A stretch of DNA of 64,000 bases, from assembly GCA_965116905.1 (NCBI GenBank), contig OZ220732.1, positions 288,001-352,000 of the forward strand, given 5' to 3'. Source of the stretch: Longimicrobiales bacterium. Its GTDB lineage: Bacteria > Gemmatimonadota > Gemmatimonadetes > Longimicrobiales > Gaopeijiaceae. Positions 57,288-64,000 of the stretch are shown here, piece after piece. How positions within the stretch are numbered: position 1 is the stretch's first letter; every line of letters starts with the position of its first letter. The notes below the pieces were generated by a model that was not told where the DNA came from, did not search any database, and saw only the letters and a program-made list of their open reading frames with translations. Both the position numbers and the translations under genes were made by a program.

Positions 57288-58116
57288 GACGCCGATTCAG
57301 TCTCTCGATCTCGTCGAGCTTCTCCTCGACGATGCCTTCATATTCCTCGCGCGACACCTCGTCGCCGTCCTCCGGCGCGCGGATCAGCCCCACGTCCACC
57401 TCCCCTAGCACGATCTCCGACGCGAAGTACTGCGTGCGGCCGCCATCCAGCGACAGCACCAGGATCATCCCCGGCAGACCGCCGTACGAGGCGGGACCCC
57501 CGGAAACGGGGATCTCCGGGGTAAACCACGCCTCGATCGAGGTCCCGTCCTGCTCGACCGTGGCCTTGATGACCATGCGCCCCAGGTGCTCCGCCTGCTC
57601 GCTCGTGAGACGCCACGCGTACTGCGGCGGCGACCCCGCGATGCGGAACGTCCGTCCCATGAATTCGCGGGTCTCGACCAGGGTCCCCTGCTCGTAGCTG
57701 ACCCAGGTATCGCGCACGATCTCCTGGTCGCGCCTCGACGCGGACTGCCTCTTCATCCACAGCATCCGCCGAAGCCAGCGATCCGAGACCATCCGGCCAC
57801 TCGACCCGGCCGAGTCGTCCCCCTTGTCGGGTGCCGGGGTCATGAGCGAGGCCGACGGGCCGAAGTGAAGGACCACGGTGCCGGTTTCGGAGTCCGCCAT
57901 CATTTCTTCCCACCCCTCCGGCACCTCGAAGTCGTACTGGTGGGAAAAGGTGTAGGCGATCGTCCCCTGTTGCTGAGCGGAGAGCGCGGCCGGCAAGTAC
58001 AGCGCCGGCGCGACGCACGCCACTGCGCAAGCGAGGGCGATCGGCAGCGCAAGCCGCCCAGTCGCGGGTGCCGGCCCAATGCGGATCTGTGGTGCGGAGT
58101 CCATGCCCATGTTCAT
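57268..58116 (-). CDS. GLPGLI family protein
   Basis: WRLT.E...LG..V.KAT, IEAWFTPEIPVSGGP..YGGLPGMIL; signal peptide. Confidence 0.88.
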   Translation of the reverse strand: MNMGMDSAPQIRIGPAPATGRLALPIALACAVACVAPALYLPAALSAQQQGTIAYTFSHQYDFEVPEGWEEMMADSETGTVVLHFGPSASLMTPAPDKGDDSAGSSGRMVSDRWLRRMLWMKRQSASRRDQEIVRDTWVSYEQGTLVETREFMGRTFRIAGSPPQYAWRLTSEQAEHLGRMVIKATVEQDGTSIEAWFTPEIPVSGGPASYGGLPGMILVLSLDGGRTQYFASEIVLGEVDVGLIRAPEDGDEVSREEYEGIVEEKLDEIERLNRRRGGGRE

Positions 58117-58204
58117 ACCGTTAGGACAGGGGACCCGTTCCAAACGTTGCTGCCGGGTGCGTCCTGCAGATGCACGGACGACCCTGGTGTCCGGGACCCG
58201 ACCC

Positions 58205-58240
58205 TTGAATGATATATGGCTGCCATATACCATATATGGC
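58205..58240 (+). promoter_or_regulatory. putative leaderless sigma70-type promoter with antitoxin operator repeats
   Basis: TTGAAT-N17-TACCAT-N7-ATG; three alternating tatatggc/gccatata half-sites. Confidence 0.7.
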
Positions 58241-58555
58241 ATGACGACGATCAAGACGACGGTGTACCTGCACGCAGCGGATTACCGCCGGCTGAAATCG
58301 CTGGCAGCCGATCAGGGGCGCCCGGCGGCGGAACTGGTGCGCGAGGCGGTGGCCGAGTACACGGCGCGCGCAACGGAGCGCGAGTGGCCGAGGTCCATCG
58401 GGATAATGGACAGCGGCGATCCGCACTTCGCCGAGAACTACGAGGACTATCTCGATGGCTTCGGGGAGGACGGCCTGGAGGATTACTTCGCGAGCCTGGA
58501 GTCCGATGGTGCCGGCGAGGACGCGGTGAAAAAGCCCCATGGACTTTCGGAGTAG
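58241..58555 (+). CDS. ribbon-helix-helix (CopG-like) antitoxin, VapB-type
   Basis: KTTVYL..RLKSLAA..PAAELVREAVAEY; acidic C-terminus; lies upstream of a PIN gene. Confidence 0.88.
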   Translation: MTTIKTTVYLHAADYRRLKSLAADQGRPAAELVREAVAEYTARATEREWPRSIGIMDSGDPHFAENYEDYLDGFGEDGLEDYFASLESDGAGEDAVKKPHGLSE

Positions 58556-58564
58556 CACGCCCCG

Positions 58565-59023
58565 GTGATCGTTGCCGACACGAGTGCGGTTCTCGCGCTT
58601 TTGGACTCTCGCAGTCCTGGCCATACGCCGGTGCGAAAGGCCTTTCGCGCCTACCGAAGTGAATGCGTATTGCCATGGGCCATACTGCCCGAACTCGACT
58701 ACATGGTGTTGCAGAGGGGTGGCCCAAGGTCCGTCCACGCCCTGCGGGCCGACCTGGCGGAAGGCCGCTACCTCGTCGAGTGGGGTGAAGGCGACGACCT
58801 GCGGAGAGCACTCGAACTTGACCGCACCTATCGCGATCTGTCACTGGGCCTGGTCGATTGCGTCGTCATGGCCGTGGCAGAGCGAATCGAGGCCCGCGCG
58901 ATAATGACCCTCGACGTGCGCGACTTCGGCGCGGTCACGCTGAAGGGCGAGCCGGAGATCTGGCCGCGCGATCTGTCGGCAGGTCCGGACCCCGAACCGA
59001 CCCGACCTGTCTGGCCCGGTTAG
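58565..59023 (+). CDS. vapC: PIN domain toxin VapC
   Basis: IVADTS, ILPELDY, LGLVDCVVMAVAE, TLDVRDF. Confidence 0.9.
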   Translation: MIVADTSAVLALLDSRSPGHTPVRKAFRAYRSECVLPWAILPELDYMVLQRGGPRSVHALRADLAEGRYLVEWGEGDDLRRALELDRTYRDLSLGLVDCVVMAVAERIEARAIMTLDVRDFGAVTLKGEPEIWPRDLSAGPDPEPTRPVWPG

Positions 59024-59056
59024 CGCGGCGGCCCGGGGGCCGGCTGGCCTCGGACG

Positions 59057-60502
59057 TTACGCCCCCACCACCGGCCAGGGCTCCCACTCCCGCCACTTGC
59101 CACGCGTAAAGTCCGGGAACTCCACCGGCTGGCTCCCGTTCGCCACGCTGATCTCGGACAGCTCGCACACCGCGCTCAACGCCGCCGCGTCGTAGACGTT
59201 CATGTCGAGCGGAAGCCCCTCGCTCAGACACTTGATGAGCCGGTAGTCCTCCATGAAGTCCATGCCGCCGTGGCCCGCGCCGATCGAGGCCTCGCGGAGC
59301 GCGCGCCACAGGGGGTGCTCGAATTCGTCCTGGTAGGTCCCGGCTTCCTCCCAGCGGTGCGACGGGCTGCGGCCCTCGATGTACACGCGGTCGGGATAGC
59401 CCTGGAAGATCCCCCTCGTCCCCTGAACCTTGTTGATGCGGTCGTACGGGCGCGGGAGGTTGGTGTCGTGGGCCACGTAGATCGTCTTGCCGAGCGCGGT
59501 CTGGATCAGGCTGCCGTTCACGTCGCCCAGCGCGAAGGTCTCGGCGCGCTTCGGATGGCCGTCCGGGTAGTTGGCGGCCGCCCACTCCTGCAGGCCGCGC
59601 GAGGGACTGCTCATCGAGACGAGGAGGGCGAAGCGGTCCCCGCGGTTGATGTCCATGCAGTTGGCGACCGGACCGAGCCCGTGCGTGGGATAGAGGTTGC
59701 CGTTCCGGGTCCAGGAGTGATCCCGGCGCCAGAGTCCCTCCCCCTCGTCGGCGAACTTGATGCCTCGCAGATCGTGCAGATACCCGCACTCGGCGTGCAG
59801 GATCTCGCCGAGCAGGCCCTGCCGCACGAGGTTCAGACAGAGGAGCTCGGCGCGCCCGTAGTTGACGTTCTCCATCATGGCGCAATGCCGCCCGGTGCGC
59901 TCGGCCGTCTCGACCAGCCGCCAGCAGTCGTCCAGCGTGTAGGCCGCGGGGACCTCGGTGGCCGCGTGCTTGCCGTTCTCCATGGCCGCAACGCAGACGG
60001 GGACGTGCCAGCGCCAGGGCGTCGCCGTGTAGACGAGGTCGACGTCGGCCTCGGCGCAGAGGCGCTCGAAGTCGGTCTCGCCGGCGGTGTAGAGTGTGGG
60101 CCGCGGGTGGCCGGCCTCTTCGATGATCGCCGCCGCGCGCTCCGCGTGGGCCTCGCGGATGTCGCAAACGGCGGTGACCGTGCACCCGTCGATGCGCACC
60201 AGGTTGCGGACGTGCGCGGTGCCCATCCCGCCGACGCCCACGTAGCCGATCCGCACGTGGTCGATCGCCGGGGCGGCGAGGGGGTGCGCGGGGGCTGCGG
60301 GCAGGTCCTGTGGCACGGCGGCCGAGCGGGTCAGCGCACCCGTGCCCGATCCGGGCTCGCCGCAGCCGGCAACCGCCCCGGCAGCCACGCCCAGGGCGCC
60401 CACCTTCAGGAAGTCGCGGCGATCGAGGCCGGCAGCACGGTCGGCAGCACCGTCGGCAGCACGGCCGGCGGTGGTCGGCATGGTGTCGCGGTCGTCTTTC
60501 AT
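59057..60502 (-). CDS. Gfo/Idh/MocA-fold GH109 alpha-N-acetylgalactosaminidase-like protein, Tat-exported
   Basis: DRRDFLK signal, GVGGMG, ATPW.WH, ENVNY, YPTHGLGP, GHGGMD, FPDFTRG. Confidence 0.9.
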   Translation of the reverse strand: MKDDRDTMPTTAGRAADGAADRAAGLDRRDFLKVGALGVAAGAVAGCGEPGSGTGALTRSAAVPQDLPAAPAHPLAAPAIDHVRIGYVGVGGMGTAHVRNLVRIDGCTVTAVCDIREAHAERAAAIIEEAGHPRPTLYTAGETDFERLCAEADVDLVYTATPWRWHVPVCVAAMENGKHAATEVPAAYTLDDCWRLVETAERTGRHCAMMENVNYGRAELLCLNLVRQGLLGEILHAECGYLHDLRGIKFADEGEGLWRRDHSWTRNGNLYPTHGLGPVANCMDINRGDRFALLVSMSSPSRGLQEWAAANYPDGHPKRAETFALGDVNGSLIQTALGKTIYVAHDTNLPRPYDRINKVQGTRGIFQGYPDRVYIEGRSPSHRWEEAGTYQDEFEHPLWRALREASIGAGHGGMDFMEDYRLIKCLSEGLPLDMNVYDAAALSAVCELSEISVANGSQPVEFPDFTRGKWREWEPWPVVGA

Positions 60503-60578
60503 CGTTCGCCGTCCTTTGGGCTGCGGTGGGGCTTCGGGGACTCCGGGTGCCGCAAGGTTGTGCGTCGTTCGCGCCCGG

Positions 60579-61949
60579 TCAACGTGACCTCCCCGTCGGC
60601 AGCCACCTCAGCGCGGGGTGCAGCGCAAGCAGGGCCGCGATCCCCGCCGCCGGCATCGACATGAGCGTGGCGGCGTGCGGGCCCAACACATCCGCGACCG
60701 CCCCCGTCCCCATCACCCCGATCGAGCCGACCGTCCAGGCCAGTCCCATCACGATGCCGGAACTGGCCCCGGGCGCCCGTGGCAGCATCTCCTGCGCCAT
60801 GACCACGATGGGCGGCAGCGTCGCCATTCCCAGGAAACCCGCCACCGCAATCGCGGCAAAGCCGAGGCCGGTCCAGGGTCCGAGCCAGACCGCAGCCAGG
60901 TGGGCAGGAAGTGCGAGCGCGCAAAGACGAAACAGGAGGCGGGCACGGTCCATCCGGTCGGCGAGAAGCCCGCCAGCCAGCGTGCCGAAGGCCTGCGAGC
61001 CCAGATAGACCGACAGCGCGGCCGCGCCGAGGGCTTCCGACCCACCCATCTCGGCGACGATGATCGGCTCCATCGTCAGGAACGCCCGCTGTACGAAGGT
61101 CATCACCGCGCTCACGCCAAAGATGATCCCGAGGGGGCCGGCCAGCTGACGGACGACGTAGGACGGCGGTGGAGCCGGTGCCGCGTTCCGCACTTCGAGC
61201 CGACCGCTGGGGAGTCCGAAGAAGAAGAGGGGGGCGAGCAGGAGGGCCGGAATCATCGCGACCCACAGTCCCTCCATCCCGCCCCAGGCGACCAGTCCCA
61301 CGGCCACCAGCGGGCCCGCCGAGTAGCCGACGGCTCCGCCGAACGAGAAGATCGAATAGCGGCCGCCGCCGCCCTTCCCCGCGGTCAGCCGCACCGCATA
61401 GGACGCGCCGGGCGGGTGGAAGGCCGCACCCCCCAGTCCCCCGACGACGAGAAGCAGCATCAGGATCCAGTACGACGACGCGAAGCCCATGAGCGACACG
61501 AAAACGCCGCTGACGACCACGCCACCCACCGCCAGCGCCCGGCGGCCGAAACGATCGGCCACGTACCCGAAGAAGGGCTGCGGGAGTGCCGTCGCGATGG
61601 CAAACGCCACCCCCAGCGACGCCGCCGCCGCAATCGAAATCCCCATTCCGTCCATGATGCGCGGCAACAGGGGATGCACGAACGCGGCGTAGGCATCGTT
61701 GATCCCGTGGGCCAGCGCGATGATGACGGTGATTCGGACGGTGGAAACGCCCGCGGAAACGCCCGCGGAATCCGGGCTGCGTTTCGCCTTGCCCGGGACG
61801 AGGGCTGGGTCGGGAGTCTTCAGAGTCGAAGCTGTCCTCGGCAGACGTTGAGTCGCTCTCCGTTGGCCTGTGATCCGTGTGAGCTTCCGCCGATCGGCCG
61901 GGCGGGTCAAGTGGCGCGAGCACCGTGGTCTGGAAACCCGGCGCGCCAA
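60579..61949 (-). CDS. MFS transporter (Fsr-like)
   Basis: HGINDAY, QPFFGYVADRFGRR, AAFHPPG, GGLLADR. True start is probably downstream of the ORF start. Confidence 0.9.
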   Translation of the reverse strand: MARRVSRPRCSRHLTRPADRRKLTRITGQRRATQRLPRTASTLKTPDPALVPGKAKRSPDSAGVSAGVSTVRITVIIALAHGINDAYAAFVHPLLPRIMDGMGISIAAAASLGVAFAIATALPQPFFGYVADRFGRRALAVGGVVVSGVFVSLMGFASSYWILMLLLVVGGLGGAAFHPPGASYAVRLTAGKGGGGRYSIFSFGGAVGYSAGPLVAVGLVAWGGMEGLWVAMIPALLLAPLFFFGLPSGRLEVRNAAPAPPPSYVVRQLAGPLGIIFGVSAVMTFVQRAFLTMEPIIVAEMGGSEALGAAALSVYLGSQAFGTLAGGLLADRMDRARLLFRLCALALPAHLAAVWLGPWTGLGFAAIAVAGFLGMATLPPIVVMAQEMLPRAPGASSGIVMGLAWTVGSIGVMGTGAVADVLGPHAATLMSMPAAGIAALLALHPALRWLPTGRSR

Positions 61950-62074
61950 GGCCTAGTATGGATGACCTGAGACCCTGGACTTCCCGCAGCACCGGCCTCC
62001 AACGAACCGTTGCCGGGAATTGTCCCCTGAATTGCCCCCTGAAGTATGCCGAATCTCCACACCAGGACATCGCA

Positions 62075-64000
62075 ATGACCTTGATCGCAGTCCCGACCGA
62101 CCGCTTCATCACGCGCGCGCGCTCCACCGCGCTCCTCGCACTCCCCGCTCTCCTCGCGACGCTGTCCGGCTGCGCATCGCAGCCCGGCGGCGCTTCCGGC
62201 ATGGCCGCCGAGATGGCCCCGGCTGCTCCGGCCACCTTCGCCAATCCCGCGGGCCTCCACGTCAACCCGCCCACTCCCGACCCGCGCGTCGGCCTGGCGC
62301 CCGGACTCTTCGACGCGGGCGAGGCGATCTGGAACATGCGGATGCTGTCGACCACGCCGCCCGAGGAGCCGTTCGTCGGACAGACCAACTCCGACCTGGC
62401 CTTCACGGGCAACTACGCCATCCAGGGCAACTATGACGGCATACAGGTCTGGGACATCTCCGACCCGGCGAACCCGGTGTCGGTGATCACCTACGTTTGC
62501 CCCGCCTCCCAGAGTGACGTGTCGGTGTACGACAACCTGCTCTTCGTCTCCGGCGAAGGGTTTGCGGGACGGCTGGATTGCAGCGGCGAAGGCGTGCAGG
62601 AAGCTGTCAGCCACCACCGGCTCCGAGGCATCCGCATCTTCGATATCTCCGACATCGCGAACCCGGAGTACGTCGCCAACGTGCAGACCTGCCGGGGGTC
62701 GCACACGCACACCGTGCTCAAGCACCCCGACGACGACGACAACGTCTACATCTACGTCTCCGGGTCCGCTCCGGTGCGCCCCGCCGAGGAACTGGCCGGG
62801 TGCTCCGGCGGCATGCCCGACGAGGACCCCAACACCGCCCTCTTCCGAATCGAGGTCATACGGGTGCCGCTGGACAACCCGCAGGCCGCCGCCATCGTGA
62901 GTTCACCCCGGATCTTCCAGGATCTGGTGGCGCCGCCCAGGCACGGACCCGGGCCCGCCGATATAGCGGCCGCGGAGCAGGCGCGTGAGCAGGCCCTTGC
63001 AACAGGTGGTTTCGTGATCGAGATCCAGGGAGAGGTGCAGGTCCTTCCCGATCAGTTCGTCACGCCGATGCTCGACAGCATCGTTGCGGCACGAGGAGGC
63101 GAAGGCGCCCCCACCGCCGCCGACAGCACCGCGCTGCGCGAGTACGTCGACGAGATGGTTGCGCAGATGATGGGCGCGGCCGGCGGCGGCGACGGTCCGG
63201 CACCGGGCCCGACCCAGTGCCATGACATCACGGTCTACCCTGCGATCGGTCTGGCGGGCGGAGCCTGCGTCGGCTATGGGCTCCTTCTCGATATCACGGA
63301 CCCCGCCAACCCGACGCGTCTCCAGGCGGTGGCCGACTCCAACTTCGCAATATGGCACTCGGCTACCTTCAACAACGACGGAACCGCGATCCTGTTCACC
63401 GACGAATGGGGTGGTGGTGGCGCGCCGAAGTGTCGAGCCGACGACCCGGTGGAATGGGGCGCCAACGCGATCTTCACCATCGAAGACGGCGAGATGGTCT
63501 TCCAGAGCTACTACAAGCTGCCTGCGCCTCAGACCTCGCTGGAGAACTGTGTCGCCCACAACGGATCGCTTATTCCGATCCCCGGCCGCGACATCATGAT
63601 CCAGGGCTGGTACCAGGGCGGTATCTCGCTGATCGACTGGACCGACCCCACCAATCCGGTCGAGATCGGGTTCCACGACCGTGGCCCGTCGAACGCCACC
63701 AGCCAGGGGCCCGGCGGCAGCTGGTCCGTCTACTGGTACAACGGCGTGATCGTCAACTCGGAGATCGCGCGTGGGATGGACATCTTCGAGCTGGTGCCCA
63801 GCGATGTCCTCACCCGGAATGAAATCGACGCGGCGAATTCGGTCGTCCTCACCCAGCTCAACTCGCAGGGCCAGCCCATCTTCGAATGGCCGGCGACTTT
63901 TGCGCTGGCCAGGGCGTACCTTGACCAGTTGGAGCGCTGGCACGGCATGACGGCCCCACAGATCGCCTCGGCGCGCGCGGCGCTGGCCGCCGCCGAGAGC
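62075..64000 (+). CDS. LVIVD-repeat lipoprotein, 3'-truncated by window edge
   Basis: Absent from the ORF track because it has no stop. Reads MTLIAVP..LSGC, NSDLAF, QVWDISDP, CPASQSDVSVY, CRGSHTHT, CHDITVY, WHSATF, ENCVAHNG. Confidence 0.88.
   Translation, partial: MTLIAVPTDRFITRARSTALLALPALLATLSGCASQPGGASGMAAEMAPAAPATFANPAGLHVNPPTPDPRVGLAPGLFDAGEAIWNMRMLSTTPPEEPFVGQTNSDLAFTGNYAIQGNYDGIQVWDISDPANPVSVITYVCPASQSDVSVYDNLLFVSGEGFAGRLDCSGEGVQEAVSHHRLRGIRIFDISDIANPEYVANVQTCRGSHTHTVLKHPDDDDNVYIYVSGSAPVRPAEELAGCSGGMPDEDPNTALFRIEVIRVPLDNPQAAAIVSSPRIFQDLVAPPRHGPGPADIAAAEQAREQALATGGFVIEIQGEVQVLPDQFVTPMLDSIVAARGGEGAPTAADSTALREYVDEMVAQMMGAAGGGDGPAPGPTQCHDITVYPAIGLAGGACVGYGLLLDITDPANPTRLQAVADSNFAIWHSATFNNDGTAILFTDEWGGGGAPKCRADDPVEWGANAIFTIEDGEMVFQSYYKLPAPQTSLENCVAHNGSLIPIPGRDIMIQGWYQGGISLIDWTDPTNPVEIGFHDRGPSNATSQGPGGSWSVYWYNGVIVNSEIARGMDIFELVPSDVLTRNEIDAANSVVLTQLNSQGQPIFEWPATFALARAYLDQLERWHGMTAPQIASARAALAAAES

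Noticed and set aside
53250..57524. 1424-aa plus-strand ORF and other long alternative ORFs (e.g. 21258..23684, 38070..40478, 33123..35144, 47041..49056)
   Set aside because: These are shadow frames of well-supported genes, expected in high-GC DNA, and carry no family motifs.
58115..58142. ECF-type promoter (GGAAC-N16-CGGTAT, minus strand) for the GLPGLI gene
   Set aside because: Plausible spacing, but a single degenerate instance with no cognate sigma factor in view.
61741..61772. Third occurrence of ccgcggaaacg, the core of the HNH-element repeat
   Set aside because: Only 11 bp, generated within a 12-bp tandem duplication, and the rest of the repeat is absent. Compatible with chance.
1..64000. 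rRNA, tRNA, prophage, integrase or classical IS transposase genes
   Set aside because: None recognised by eye. A tRNAscan/Infernal/ISEScan run would be needed to exclude small or divergent ones.

Overview
GC-rich, gene-dense bacterial chromosome segment. The gene repertoire (6-bladed beta-propeller lipoprotein, DUF5916, LVIVD-repeat lipoprotein, TolB-amidohydrolase fusion, PorV-like barrel, fragments of an Ig-LRR-metalloprotease gene) suggests Gemmatimonadota, possibly a host- or sponge-associated lineage; this is inference only. About 49 CDS are supportable. No rRNA, tRNA or CRISPR array was seen. The centre is a long plus-strand run (22.3-50.3 kb) holding msrPQ and an uncharacterised DUF4159/TPR-metallopeptidase/MoxR/DUF58/vWA/coiled-coil envelope operon. 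That operon is interrupted by the strongest novelty candidate: a ~1.75 kb unit bounded by 37-bp inverted repeats that encodes only a DUF222-HNH endonuclease, with no transposase, plus a ~380-nt structured leader. Other notable items: a 1.2-kb mosaic in which a hydrolase 3' end is interleaved with pieces of an Ig-LRR-metalloprotease gene (probably a consensus artefact over a polymorphic locus), a catalytically degenerate DeaD-like pseudo-helicase, a poly-Arg insert in a low-molecular-weight phosphatase, two stand-alone toxin-antitoxin pairs with readable promoters and operators, a Bacteroidota-type GLPGLI/outer-membrane barrel pair, and many short tandem duplications. All family assignments come from motif recognition by eye; no database searches were run.
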